A stretch of 64,000 nt of DNA, taken from NCBI GenBank assembly GCA_013265495.1, contig MU058213.1, positions 6,464,066 through 6,528,065 on the forward strand. The letters run 5' to 3'. Positions within the stretch are counted from its first letter, which is position 1, and each line of letters begins with the position of its first letter. Shown here piece by piece: positions 49,641-63,700 of this stretch. Source of the stretch: Vicugna vicugna. Its lineage: Eukaryota. Both the position numbers and the translations under genes were made by a program. Below the pieces are notes generated by a model, which searched no databases, was not told the DNA's origin, and worked only from the letters and a program-made list of their open reading frames with translations.

Positions 49641-52203
49641 TTGGGGAACAGAATGAGTAAAAGCAGAGGGAGAAAAGTACAGTGCATGTGCGTCCAGTCC
49701 CTTAGCTCAGTCACAGGGTTAGTGCTGCCCGTGTGTCTCGAGAAGTGGAAAGAACAATCTCAGATCTCTGCCCAGGGGCTGTGTCTCCTGGGACAGAACT
49801 GTAGAAGGTTCAGACTCAGAGGACAAGAGTTGGGACACTCAAGAGAGAATACTGCGGACAGTCTCCTTGCTCTCTTGAAGTAACCGTTACACCCTTTGCT
49901 GCATGTTGCCAAGTTCCTATACCTCTTAAAAGGTGAAGTGCCTTGCCCCCAATTCCATGCACATTGTATCTATCTATGTACTATGGAAATGAAGCGGTTC
50001 TGTTGTTACTGGGGCATATGAAAAATAGCTGGATGGTATTCATCAAATTAGAGGGCATTTTTAGAATGGATTGACAAAACAAAGGTTGCAAAGTCTTATG
50101 GAGAATTTGCATTTTCTTTTACCAAGCATTCTGTTTTATTGATTGCACGTTTTGTAACTATGCTACAAAAAATTGTTTCCCCACTTGAGTGGGAAAAAAA
50201 AATACACATTGTATGTACATATTTTATGATTTCAAATTTTACTTAGTAGCAGTTCAGTTATGACCCACTCAAAACTGAAGGCGATATACCCTATGAAACC
50301 GGGTTTGATGTCTACCCAGAAATAAAATATTTTCCCCCCTAAAATTAGCCACAGACAAGTCACAATAAACAGACCAAACCGTGACTAGTCTGGCATCACA
50401 CCCAAAGAAGCTATTTTTTTGGTCCACTATTTGTGTATTAAAATAGCAATAAGTAATGGATATAGAGAGGAGTGGCTCTACATGATCTCAAAAAGCACAG
50501 ATTTTTCTTTTAGTCCTGACAGTAGGTGAATTAATGGATTTTTCTGTTTCCACATCTACAGGCAAGTAAGCTTATCACCACTAGAGCCTGTGGGCCAGGT
50601 AGGAGAGCACAAAGTGGTGTGGGAGCTGCTGCAGTGACTCTTCTGTAATTTCCCACTAAGTCTAGGTACCACTGTGGGGAGAGCAGAACACCTGTATCAC
50701 AATGCAAGTGTCGGCCACGTGATGTGTATGCAGGTGACCAGAAGTGGGACGAGGCAGTGTCGGGCTGATTTCTGCGCTCCTGCCCGGGCAGAAGCAGGCG
50801 TGTCTGGTGGCCGACCTAAGCACAGGAGCTGGTCTCAGTGGACTGTGGGATAATCCCTGGGTATACAGCGAGGTATGGTAGAGGCGCCAGGCATTCCATG
50901 CCAGTTACGGGGCTGAGTATGAGCGAGTATTGCAACTGATGCAAGTTCTTCCTGTCCTTTGTTGTGTATTTTTCGTGTATTTAAATGACTGCTTTGTACT
51001 AGGTAACAAGGGAAGAAATCAGTATGGGTTACACTCAGAGATGCCAGTGTGTTTAAGTTTTGAAGGGTGGGTAGGATTTTGCCTCTGAAAGTCATGGGAA
51101 GTGAAGAAAACAGCATAACCAAAGACAAAAAAGTAATCTTAGCTCTGGCTTTTTCGCTGGTTTCTCGAATGTAACTGGAGTAGACGATGTGATCTTTGGT
51201 AGAGAAGGTTAGGAAGTGAACAGTGGGCTGCAAGGACTGAAGTTTTAATGTGAGAATTAAGGTCTACACTGACGTGCTGCGGTAACATCGTAGAGGCCTT
51301 CAGGGAATGGCAGTAAGTCTTTACTGCAGTTAGCAGGCCGTGGCAGTCAAGCCTTTCCTACAAGAAACTCACCACCTGGGTCAACGTTGCTTCTGTATCT
51401 TTTGTAAGCACAATCTATTGACACCAGTGACAGGATTTAAAATTTCCAAACGGGTATACATTCACAATGAAATGAGTGGAGCTGGAGTCGACCACAGGGT
51501 GTAAAAGCCTATTTTTACTGAACGGTAAACAGGGCCAGACCTTGGTTGGATTTGATTTATCTATACTCAGCTGCTCAATGTAAGTTCCTCAGTTAGCTGG
51601 CACCTGACATTCTTCCTCTGTGTTGTTTTAGAAATTGGCATTCCTAAATTCATTCTTCGACATATATTCCTTCCTAGGGTGACAGGGAAACTCTTTTTCT
51701 TCCAGTGCACCACACACGTGGCATACGTGTACTAGAACACTTTGTGGAAAGTCTAATAAAGGTAAGATGTAGAGCATTCTAAATGAAACTTGTAGGGCCA
51801 ATTCAAGAAATAATTTACATGTTGTGTAAAAACTATGTTGCTGGAAGTAGGTTTCTTGGGTTTTGTTTTGGCTCCAGAAGCTGTCTAAAGATCGTCTAAT
51901 TTTTCCTAATTGAGTTGTACTTAGGTTTTTTCACACCAGTCATTACCCTTGGTTTTGTAATTTTAAAAAAGTGTTTTTTCTAAGGAAAGTTCCAATCCAG
52001 AGTTTGGTTTTGCCCCCCCATTAATGCTTTTATCACCGAAAGTTACAACTGATAAAACTAACTTGACTTTACTGAAGCCAACACATTTTCTGATTTCCCT
52101 TGCAAGGAACATGGTGCTCTGTCAGAATGCTTATCTACAGTCTTCATACTGCTAGCTTTACTAGCCCTAGCAGTTATTTACTCACATTGAGGTTTAAAAG
52201 GAG

Positions 52204-52209
52204 TTTATT
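52204..52209 (-). terminator. GTF2A2: GTF2A2 polyadenylation signal
   Basis: TTTATT on + (AATAAA on -), ~260 nt after the stop. Confidence 0.75.
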
Positions 52210-52471
52210 AAAGAATAGTCTTATGAAGGAAACAATGTTTGATTTGTCTTAAAAAAAAATGGCCTGCTTCTTCATGCTGTATAATAAAGGTGAGGTAAGA
52301 GGGTGCAGCGTTACAAGCTTCTCTCTACTGGAACTCTCACATAGTACAGCACAGTGTAGTCATCTCTCCAATGCTAGAATAAATTAAAAAAAAAAGTCTC
52401 TTCTATGCTTCTCTTCAAAAAGCGGTGAGCAATAACAGAAGATGGCATTAAAAAAAGCCATTTTTTTCTAT

Positions 52472-52497
52472 TCATTCTGTAGTATTGGAGCCAGTAT
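52472..52497 (-). CDS. GTF2A2: TFIIA gamma, last coding exon ((N)TGSNTTE*)
   Basis: cag|AT ACT GGC TCC AAT ACT ACA GAA TGA; phase fits the previous exon. Confidence 0.95.
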
Positions 52498-53293
52498 CTG
52501 GGAAACAGAGGAGAGAAAGATTTAAATATTTTGAGAAAATCTTTAAAAAGTAAAACAAGAACTAATGGTGGTGCTGGTGTGCAGGATGGGAAAGTAGGGG
52601 AGACAAGGTTGGAAAGGAAGGTTAGCGTTGGCCCTCCATATTTATCTGCGAGAAAAACCAACTTGTATTACATTCGGTTCATATAACTGCTACTTAATTT
52701 TTTTAGGTCTTCTACTATCTCAAACTGCAAAACCACGAAGGACTGTAACATATATAATCAGAAGAGAACTGTTACTTAACTCTTTGTGAGGAACAGACCT
52801 AAATTCTAGGCACTATAACTTTTTCTCTGCATCTATATTAGCAACTGACTGATTTTTAGGAAAAACAGGCTTATCTCATTGCACTGCTGCATTTATCTGA
52901 CTGCTTAGGAAAGGTATTCCTTAGGTAAACGTCTACCACTAAATACCACAACCATTTGTATCTTAATGATTGTAGTCTTTTCTACTGACACAGAGTGCGT
53001 GGCGCACAGTCTAAGCTGTTCACGAGCACGCCACAGTTTTCTCTTCGACGCTCAGTCACTCCGCTGTGCTGCAAGGGGGCAGGCGCACTGCTGTGTACTT
53101 TGTCTGTTCAGACTTCAAGGGATGCGGTCTTCTATTTTTAAGCAACAGAAATATATTCTAGGGACCAGCACGCTGGCGCTCCGGTAAGTGAAATACATAT
53201 TTTGATATACAGTTTGCTCAGGGGTCTTACCCACTTTTTGGTTCACGGCTGTAAGTTTCAAATGACTGAAACAGAGACTCCAGCAGTCTGCAT

Positions 53294-53490
53294 CTGTGCT
53301 GGCCAGCACGGCGGCCACTGGCTAGCCGCACGTGCCTATGTAAAGGTAACTAATACAATAAAATAAAAATTATAAGCCGAAATGTTTTAGGGCAACTGGG
53401 AAATCTGAAGTGCTTAACAGCCAGTTGTGGCTGTTGGAGAGACTAGACGGAGAACACTTCCATCAGTACAAAAGTTTTATGAAGAGTACT
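53294..53490 (-). mobile_element. MER3-like hAT MITE
   Basis: ctgtgctggccagcacgg..gccact..gctagccgcacgtg..aagtgcttaacagcca..gaacacttccatca. Confidence 0.6.
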
Positions 53491-54409
53491 GGGCTACATC
53501 ATTAACTCATTTTGATAGAAGTCTAGAAATTATACAGTGATGCTCAGATCTTACTAAGGGTTATGAGGATGCTATTAGCCTAAATTATAAAGCATGAAAC
53601 AGAGAAATATTATCCTTTGTAATCTAGAAACTGTTTAAAAAAAAAAAAGCCTACAGATCTTTTTTGCTGTTACAGCAAGGAACAAAGTATCTGATCCTCA
53701 AAAAATCATCTAAGTGTAAAGTTCTCATAATGATTAGCCCTAATTAATCTTGTGAAAGATAGAAGTCATTATGTCATTGTAACATTACTAGTTTCAGAAA
53801 CTCTGACATCTTAAGAGACAGTTTCTTTCAAAAGGGCTAAAGGTATAATTTCAGGTAGCTATGAAAAATCAGGTTTAAGAGACTAGTTAATGATTTAATG
53901 TGAGAACAAATATATAGATATACAGAATATATGTTTGTGTATATATATACAGACAGGAAAGGTATACAGCAAAATATTAAAAGGTGATACGTTATCTCCA
54001 GTTTTGAAACATTTAAGGACCCGCACAAGTTCCTAGGTCTGCAATAGAAAATGTGTAAGGTAGCCAGCAACACAGAAACCACAGACCTGCTGAGGTTAAC
54101 TACTTACTTGAAAAAAAGTAAGCAGTTTGAATCTGCAACTGAAATAGGGAAGAAAAGCTTATGAAAGTGCTCCCCCCACGCCCCCGCCCCCGATCCAGTT
54201 CAACCTGTGGACGTAGTCTGTGTGTCATGAAATGTATACGTTAAGTCAGTAAAAGGCTATTACTCAGAATCTTGCTGAGAGAATCCAGCTCTCTACCTGG
54301 GTGTGGATCATAGGCCGTTTCCCCCAACTTTGGATGACAAGTTTCTAAAGATTCATGAAGACAAGATTTGAAGTAGCTCTGCTTTCACAGTACTTAGTTA
54401 AGCACTTAC

Positions 54410-54536
54410 TTTTACCATCACAGGCTACAATTTTCACTTTATCCACTTTAATGAGTTCTGTCACCTCTCTGAATTCAACATCATTCAATACAAAAGTCCA
54501 CACGTTATCGCAGAATCGGTATGTGTTTAGAGAGCC
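54410..54536 (-). CDS. GTF2A2: TFIIA gamma coding exon ([15 protein letters not shown]...VACDGK), 127 bp
   Basis: aaag| acceptor, |gtaagt donor; canonical TFIIA-gamma beta-barrel sequence. Confidence 0.97.
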
Positions 54537-55183
54537 CTTTAAAACAAAACATTTAGAGAAATCATGAAAATTCATTTTTTGCTGTCACATTTTTCTCCAG
54601 GCAATTATAAGAAACCAAATACATAATTCTTAAAATAGTATGATTAGCTTCAGCTTTCCCTTAATTTTCATCCTATCATTTAAAGAAAAAAAATCATAGA
54701 TTTTCTCAGGGAAGAGTTAAAATCTATTTTCAGCACTGAAAGCTGAAGTAGAATGGACATTTGTGTATTTCTACTGCCCTCATGTGGCTACATTATGAAA
54801 GTTCATGTGAATTTCTATTGTACAGACTTTGTGCACAAGCAGGGCAGTCCTGGAAACGTTAAATATAATCCTGTGACTTACCTCAGCTGAAGTACAGTAT
54901 TATGGTCCGTCTTATTTTAAAGATGTATCTGAACATGAAAAGCTAACTTGAAGAGTGTGACAGAAGCATCAGAATACAGTCATAATGTGATACCCACATA
55001 CACACATACTCAGGTATGAAACATAGAAATTGATAGCAGTTAGAAAGGACCAAAAATGTACACGGGTTAAAAAAAATCATACTTGGGTGAGCAACTTTTG
55101 ATCTGGATTATAGGAAATTCCACTCCGGGCAAGGTAGGGAACAGGTCCTTCCTTTCCTTCCTCCCTTAAAACAGTGTCCTTAC

Positions 55184-55288
55184 CCTGAAATTCACTCTGT
55201 TCCTCACCCGCTGTGCCAACGCTGAATTAATAGCCTTATCAAACTGAAGCAGAACTTGAAGGGCAAGTTGAGGAGTAATCTGTTGAGA
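55184..55288 (-). CDS. GTF2A2: TFIIA gamma coding exon ([35 protein letters not shown]), 105 bp
   Basis: ttgcag| acceptor, |gtaagg donor. Confidence 0.97.
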
Positions 55289-55930
55289 CTGCAAGAAGAA
55301 GAAAGAATGGTAAGTCCTTAGGGAAGAACCAGACAGACCATTAGGTAGTAATTACATAGTACTTTTAGGTAGTACCTAAGACATAACTGAGGCTACCCAG
55401 AGCCGCTAGACTGGAATTCCTTAGACAGCTTTGTCTACCACTCCTTCAGCGTGTCTGTAAAGAGGTATTCAATAACTTAAAGGAAAAAAGCTTCTTTTAA
55501 ATAAGAAACCTAGGACCAATCACGTTTTAAAAAATCTAATGAATCTCATCAAAGCTCAAACTGTATATGACAATAAATGTTAATAATACATTGTTAGATG
55601 ACAGATTTACATAAAAAGGTTAATTTTTCTAAAATTAGAATGTAAATTCAAAACTTACTAAAAGCTAAAGACTTATGTTAACGCATCCAAAATTATTGTA
55701 AAGCTACATCAAATTTCGTAATTATCTGAAAACCAACAACCATCTTTGAAAATCAACTCTATAACTCCAAGCTCATTATATTTCATATCCCACAGCAAGG
55801 ATGGTATAATCACAGCAAGCTGAGGTTATTCACCTGACTGACTGACAGTGTATCTCTTTGCCTGGGAGATGGGGTATAACAAGAATTACTATGGACCATC
55901 TATAGGAAGTGTTGATTTTTAGTCTCCCAC

Positions 55931-56002
55931 CTGTATGAGCTCATCGAGGCTCTCCTGAAGACTGTTTCCCAAAGTGGTATTCCTGTACAACTGATAGGCC
56001 AT
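55931..56002 (-). CDS. GTF2A2: TFIIA gamma first coding exon (MAYQLYRNTTLGNSLQESLDELIQ); the exon begins at 56051
   Basis: Kozak gccATGG and |gtggga donor. The four exons sum to 330 nt = 109 aa + stop. The non-coding first exon was not found in the window. Confidence 0.97.
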
Positions 56003-59000
56003 GGCTTAGGAGGGGTAAATTCTTTTTCTTATTCAGGCTTGCATTGATGTTCTAAAAATGTAATATTAAAAGTATTTTAAAATAAAGGAAAACAAACATT
56101 GTAAGTTACTATGTAATATAGTCTCATTCATATGGTCTAATATATACTATTAGAACTCTTAGTAATTGCAAGTTACTATGTAATGTAGGAATTACAAGAA
56201 ACAATTAAAAATGATGTATTTTTCCAGTTACTTTGACATACATTTTTCATCCTTACACAAAGTATAGATATATATTAAAGCATACACCCTTGCCACTTCT
56301 TTCAAATGTCTACCTTTTGACCTAGTTCTAGAACTATGTACCACTTTCTTTCTTACTGTCCAGTCACTGAGCCAATCTCTGCTCACATTTGCATGCCTTT
56401 CCCTTCATTTCCCTGTTCTCTTAACATTCAGTATTCAGAGTGCCTACCAAGAAGACAGCACTGTGACAGGTACCATGGAGAGGATGAGGAATAAAAATAA
56501 CTCCTGACCCTAAAAAATTTATACTTTAGAGAAGGTAACACGCCTATGCCTATAAAAAAGTTGGAGACTAAGAACTGTGATAGGAGAGACGCACGGTGTC
56601 CTGTGGCGGCTGCCTGCCGATGAATGGGTTGGCTCACAAAAGCTTCCTGATTCTTCAAGGTAGACTCTGCCCAAGCACAGGGGGAAAAGTCATCTCAGGC
56701 TGAAAAAGCCAGAATAAGTATATCTATAGAAGTAAGAACTAATACACTTGGTAGCAAGAGCTATAAATTGTCCCTGTTTTGGGTGTGAGTATGGACAGGA
56801 AGTGGTAGGACACGAGGCTGAAAAAGACGACAAGGATGGGTTTGTTCGTCAGGAGTGGTGCCAGGGTTATACAGAGCAGGTAATGGGGAGCCCCCGAAGC
56901 ATTCAAGCCTGGAAACATCAGGCAAACAGGCAGTGATGTGAAGAACGTGCTTGTAAGATTAGGAATATTTGAGGGATGAGGGCCCCAAGGGAGTGGCAGC
57001 AGAACAGATTCGACAAATGCTGAGCTTCTACTACACGTTTCATGTAAGATCCCTGACCTCACGGCACCGTCAGTTTAGAGCTGGACAAGAGAGAGATTCA
57101 AGGAGTAATCATCGGGTCAAACTCAGCAAAAATAATGGTGAGTTACCAGTCTTCACATTACACATCAGCTTGTGAGCGTCAGATCGCTTCTGCCTTCCTG
57201 AAGCCTTTTCTTTGGCTGCTGGGACCTCACACTCAGTTTTCGCCCCTACCTCACTGGCTACTACTGTTCCTTATTTCCTTTTATTGGCTGCTTCTCAGCA
57301 ATTTGACTTCTGTCTTCTCTATATGCTTCCCTCCCTCACTTACCTCATCTAGGCTTCTGGCTTTAAACACTTTTATCTGCTACTGACTTGCAAATTTATA
57401 CTTCCAGTCCTTACCTTAAAAAAAAAAAGCAGATAATAACTATTCTCATTTCTCTCATCAAATATCAGTTACATCTATCCTTGAATTTTATGTAAATAAA
57501 GTCTTACAATATGTATTCTTTTTTGTGTGTGTGTCTTCTCTTTAAAGTGTTTTAGACATTTATCCAGGTTGTTTCATGTACCAGCTTAAATAATAATAAT
57601 AGCAACAACAACAACAATAATCTTATTACTGAATGGTATAAAAAAGTATTTTTTAGTGAATAAACCTGGAGATAAGTCAAAATGCTAATATCAAATTATA
57701 TTATACTTCGATGCATTTATTATAACTTTTCTACTTTCCTGAGAGAACTAAAGCAATGAAAACCTCCGACTCTTGGAGGATTTTCAGTCAAGATGGGGGA
57801 GTAGTTAGACCACGAGTTCGCCTCTCCTCGCGATTACAACAAAACCACAGCCGCCTGCTGAAAAGCCATCAAGAAAAAAGACTGGAGCCTAGCAAAAAAG
57901 ATCTCCACTAGAAACAGAGAGGGAAAAACAGTGGGATGTCAGGAAGGGCGTGCTTGTGATATAACTAGGCCTCATACCCCCAAGGTGGGTGACCCACAAG
58001 CTAAAGAACAACTAATTCACAAAGGCCCTCCCACAGGAGTGAGAGTTCTGAGCCCCAAGTCAGGCGCCCCAGCCCAGGAGGAGACCCCAGGACATATGGT
58101 TTTGTAGGCCACTGGGGGCTTCACTTCGGGAGCCCCACAGGACTGGGGGAAACAGGGACTTCATTCTCTGGGGACGTGTACACAGAATCTCAGGTACACC
58201 AGGGCCAAAGGCAGAGATGGTGATTTCATAGGAACCTGGGCCAGACGTGCCTGCTGGTTTTGGAAGTTCTCCTGGGGATGTAGGGGACGGCTGCGCCTTA
58301 CCCAGGGGACATAAAAGCTGATGTCAGATGTTCCCGGAGTGCCCATCCACGTGAGCTTTCCCGGAGGCTGGGATCTTGATTGGATCATTAGCACCAAGAC
58401 CCAGCCCCACCCAACAGCCTGTAGGCTTAAGGGCTGGGAAGCCTCAGGCCAAACAACATACTAGGTTGGAAACACAGCCCCACCCATCAGCAGACTTCCT
58501 GAGCCACAAAAGCCTCTGGACACACCCTTATCTACCAGAGGTCCAGGACCAAGCTTCACCCAGCAGGGGGCAGGCACCAGCTCCTCCTGCCAGGAACCCT
58601 GCATAAGCCTGTAGTCCAGCCTCATCCACCAGGGGGCAGATACCAGAAATGAGAAAATAATCCCAAAGCCAGTGGAAGGAATCCACAAACACAGGCCAGA
58701 CTCTACGCTGGACCCTGGCCCTTGGGTGATAAGAGAGGAGTGTACTGCTGGGACACACAGGACGTCTCCCACAGAGGGCCACCTCTCCAAGGCTGAGCAA
58801 GTAACTAACCTACCTAAAAAATAGAAAGATAGACAACATGAGGCAGTAAAGGAATATCTCCCAGGCCAAGGCACAAGATAAAAATCCAAGAAAAAGAAAT
58901 AAGCGATGAGATAGGCAGTTTATCCAAGAAAGAGTTTAGATTAATGATGGTGAAGATGTTCAGAGAACTCAAGAGAAGTATAGATGCAAACAGTGACGTT

Positions 59001-59866
59001 TTCAGCAAAGAGATGGAAAATATAAAGAACACCCAGAGTTGAAGAATAAAATTACTGAAATGAATAACACACTAGAAGGAACCAAGAATAGACTAAATGA
59101 GGCAGAAGAATAGATCAGGGAGCTAGAAAACAGAATAGTGGAAATCACCACTGTAGAACAAAGTAAAAAGAATGAAAATGATGAGGATAGTTTCAGAGAA
59201 CTCTCGGACAACATGAAGCACACTAATATCTGCATTATAAGGGTCCCAGGAAGAGAAGAGAAAGAACCTGAGAAAATTTTTGAAGAGATAATAACCAAAA
59301 ACTTAACTTGTGAAAGGAAACAGTCACCCAAGTCCAGGAAGCAGAGAGGTCCTGACAGGATCAACCAAAGAGGAACACAACAAGGCACATGGTAATCAAA
59401 CTGACAAAAATTAATGATAAGGAGAAAATACTAAAATCAGCAAGAGAAAAGCAACAAGTAACATACACGCGAACTCCCATAAGGTTATCAGCTGATTTTT
59501 CAGCACAAACTCTTCAGGCCAGAAGGGAGTGGCACAATATATTTAAGTGATGAAAGTGAAAAACTTACGACTAAGAATACTCTATTCAGCAAGGCTCTCA
59601 TTCAGATTTGATGGAGAAGTCAAAAGTTTCACAGATACATCAAGGCCAAAAGAATTCTGCACCTCCGAACCAGCTTTACAACAAATGTTAAAGGAACTTC
59701 TCTAGTCATCAAAGCACAAGAAAATAGAAAATAGAAAAAAAAAAACCAAAACCCTACAAAAACTAACCCAAAATAATTAACAAAATGGCAATAAGAACAT
59801 ACATATCGATATCTACATTAAATGTAAATGGATTGAACACTCCAACCAGAAGACATAGGACTGGCT

Positions 59867-59901
59867 GACCTCGTGGTGCAACAGTAGTGCATCTGACTCC
59901 A
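59867..59901 (+). pseudogene. Tailless retropseudogene: 5' half of tRNA-Trp(CCA)
   Basis: GACCTCGTGGTGCAACAGTAGTGCATCTGACTCCA versus remembered tRNA-Trp GACCTCGTGGCGCAACGGTAGCGCGTCTGACTCCA. Flanked by an ~18-bp duplication of L1 sequence. Confidence 0.85.
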
Positions 59902-60604
59902 AAAGACACAGACTGGTTAGATGGATACAAAAACAAGACTCATATATATGCTGTCTACAAGAGCTAGAGACACATGCAGGTTGAAAGTAAGGGGATGGAA
60001 AAAAATATTCCATGCAGATGGAAACCTAAAGAAAGCTGGGGTAGCAATACTTATATCACAGATAACAGATTTTAAGATAGACTGTTACAAAAAACAAAGA
60101 CGGACATTACATAATGCTTAAAGGATCAATCCAAGAAGAGAATATAACAACTGTAAATATATATGCACTCAACATAGGAGCACCTCAACATATAATGCAA
60201 TTGTTAAGAGACAACAAGGAGAAATCGACAATAACACAATAATAATGGGGGACCTTAATACTCCACTTACATCAGTGGAGAGATCATCCAGACAGAAAAT
60301 CAGTAAGGAAACACAGGCCCTAAACAACACATTAGACCAGATGGACTTGACTGTTATCTATAGAGCATCCACTCTGAAAGCAAGAGAATACACATTCTTC
60401 TCAAGTGCACACGCAGCATTCTCCAGAACTGACCACATGCTGATCACAAAGCTAGCTAGCCTCAGCAACTTTAAGAAAACTGAAATCGTACCAAGCATCT
60501 TTTTTGACCACAATGCTATAAGGTTAGAAATCAACTACAAGAAAAAAGGCTGCAAAAACTGGAAACATGGAGGCTAAACAATATGCTACTAAACAATCAA
60601 TGCA

Positions 60605-60745
60605 GGGAGGAGGGAATAGCTCAAGTGGTAGAGTCCATGTTTAGCATGCATGAGGTCCTGGGTTCAACCCCCAGTACCTCCTCTAAAAAATATAAATAAA
60701 TGTAATTACTCCCCCCCCAATTAAATAATACAACAATAAAATATT
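60605..60745 (+). mobile_element. Vic-1-type SINE nested in L1 ORF2
   Basis: ggagggaatagctcaagtggtagag..gaggtcctgggttcaacccc; TSD aaacaa(t/c)caa. Confidence 0.88.
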
Positions 60746-63700
60746 AAGAAATAAACAACCAACAGATAACTGAAGAAATCAAAGAGGAAATCTGAGACAA
60801 ATGAAAACGAAAACACAATGATTCAAAACGTCTCGGATGCAGAAAAAGCAGTTCTCAGAAGGAAGTTTATAGCAATACAAGCTTACCTCAGGAAACAAGA
60901 AAAATCTCAAATAAACAATTAAACTTACACCTAAAGCAGCCAGAGAAAGAAGAACAAACAAAACCCAAAGTTACCAGAAAGAAAAGAATCCATAAAGATT
61001 ACACCAGAAATAAATGAAATACAGACTAAAAAAACAATAGAAATGATCAATGAAACTAAAAGCTGGTTCTCTGAAAAGATAAAAAATTGATAAACCTTTA
61101 GTCTGACTCACTGAGAAAAAAAAGGAGGGCCAAATTAATAAAATCAGAAATGAATAAGGAGAAGTTACAACTGACACTACAGAAATACAAGGGACCTTAA
61201 GAGGCTACTATGAAACTATATGCCAACAAAAAGGTCAATGTAGAAAAAATGGATTATTTCTTAGAAAGATACAATTTGCCAAGATAGAACCAGGAAAAAA
61301 CAGATAACATGAATTGACCAATTACTAGCACTGAAATTGAATCAGTAATTTTAAAACTCCTGACAAACAAAAGTCTAAGACCAGATGGCTTCACAGATGA
61401 ATTCTACCAAACATTTACAGAAAGCTTAACACCAATCCTTCTTAAACTATTCCAAAAAACTGCAGAGAAAGGAACACTTCCAAACTCGTTCTACAAGGCC
61501 ATCATTACCTTGATACCAAAAAAAAAAACCCCAGTAACAAAGATATCACAAAAAAAGAAAATTACAGGCAAATATTACTCATGAATATAGATACAAAAAT
61601 CCTAATCAAAATACGAGCAAGAATGCATTAAAAGGACCATACACCATGATCAAGTGGGATTTATCCCAGGGATGCAGGGATTTTTCAGTATCTGCAAACC
61701 AATCTATGTGATTAACCACATTAACCAATTCACGAATAAAAACTGTATGATCATCTCAGTATATGCAGAAAAAGCTTTTGATAAAATTCAACATCCATTT
61801 ATGATAGAAACTCTCCAGAACATGAGAAAAGACGGAACATACCTTGACATAATAAAGGCCATACACAAGCTAATATCATACTTAACAAGGAAAAGCCAAA
61901 AAGCACTTCCTCTAAGATCAGGAACAAGACAAGGATGTCCACTCTTGCCACATTTATTCAACATAGTTTTGGAAGTCCTAGCCACAGCAACCAGAGAAGA
62001 AAAAGAAATGAAAGGAACCCAAATTGGAAATGAAGAAGTTAAACTGTCATTGTCTGCAAATAATATGATACTATACATAGAAAACCCTAAAGAAGTGACC
62101 AGAAAACTACTAGAACTCATCAATGAATTTGGTAAAATACAGGGTACCAAACTAATATTTAGAAGTCAGCTGCATTTCTATACACTAAAACAACTAAATA
62201 ACAGAAAAAGAAAGTAAGGGAACAATACCATTTACCATCACACCAAAAAGAATAAAATACCCAGGAATAAACCTACCCAAGGAGGCAAAAACCTGTACTT
62301 TGAAAACTATAAGACACTGATAAAGGAAACTGAACATGATATAAACAAATGGAAAGAAAGATATACCATGTTTTTGGATTGGAAGAATCAATATTGTTAA
62401 AATGGTCATACTACCCAAGGAAATATACAGATTCAATACACTCCTGATCAAATTACCAATAACATTTCTCAAAGAGCTGAAGCAAATAAATGTTAAAATT
62501 CATATGGACACACAAAAACCCTGATAGCCAAAACAATCTTGACAAAGAACGGAGCTGGTGGAATCATGGTCCCTGACTTCATACTATACTACAAAGCTAC
62601 AGTCATCAAAATAGTATGGTCCTGGCACAAAAACAGACACATAGATCAATGGAACAGGAAAGTCCAGAAATAAACACACCCACTTATGGTGAATTAATCT
62701 ACAACAAAGAGGGCAAGAATATACAATGCAGAAAAGACAGTCCCTTCAGCAAGTGGCACTGGGACAGCTGGACAGCCATATGTAAGTCAATGACATTACA
62801 ACACTCTCACACCATACTAAAAAAATAAACTCATAATGGCTTAAAGACTTAAATATAAGATAAGACACTGTAAACATCCTGGAGGACAACATAGGCAAAA
62901 TATTTTCAGACATAAATCCTCACAATGTTCTCCCAAGGCAGTTTACTCAGGCAACAGAAATAGAAGCAAAAACCCCCCAAAAACCAAAAAATCAAATGGG
63001 ATCTAATTAAACTTACAAGCTTTTGCACAGCAAAGGAAACCATTAGCAAAAGAAAAAGACAACATACAGAATGGGAGAAAATATTTGCAAAAAATGAGTC
63101 TGACAAGGGCTTAATTTCCAGAATATATAAACATCTCATACAACTTAATAAGAAAAAAACAAACAACCCAATCCAAAAATGGGCAGAAGACAAAAACAAG
63201 AAATTCTTCAATGAAGACAGACAGATGGCAAATAAGCACATGAAAAAATGCTCAATATTGCTAATTATCAGAGAAATGCAAATCAAAGCTACAATGAGGT
63301 ATTAACTCACACCAGTCAGAATGGGCATCATTCAAAAGTCCACAAACGATAAATGCCAGAGAGGCTGCAGAGAAAAGGGAACCCTCCTACAAAGTTGGTG
63401 GGAATGCAGTTTGGTGAGGCCATTATGGAAAACAGTATACAGATTCATCAAAAGACTGAAAATACGCTTACCACATGATTCAGCAATCCCACTCCTGAGC
63501 ATATATTGAGGGAACCTTAATTCAAAGATACATGCACCCCAACGTTCACAGCAGCACTATTTACAATAGCCAAGACATGGAAACAACCTAAATGTCCACT
63601 GACAGATGACTGGGTAAAGCAGTTCTTGTGTATTTATATAATGGAATACTACTAAGCCATAAAAATAATAAAATAATGCCATTTGCAGCAACATGGATGG

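Noticed and set aside
50710..50815. 9-bp inverted repeat gtcggccac/gtggccgac around GC-rich sequence, as a structured ncRNA
   Set aside because: Short arms, no recognisable RNA family features, compatible with chance.
61654..62217. 187-aa reverse transcriptase ORF as a functional gene
   Set aside because: A fragment of a frameshifted L1 ORF2; the catalytic motif is degenerate (SANNM in place of FADDM).
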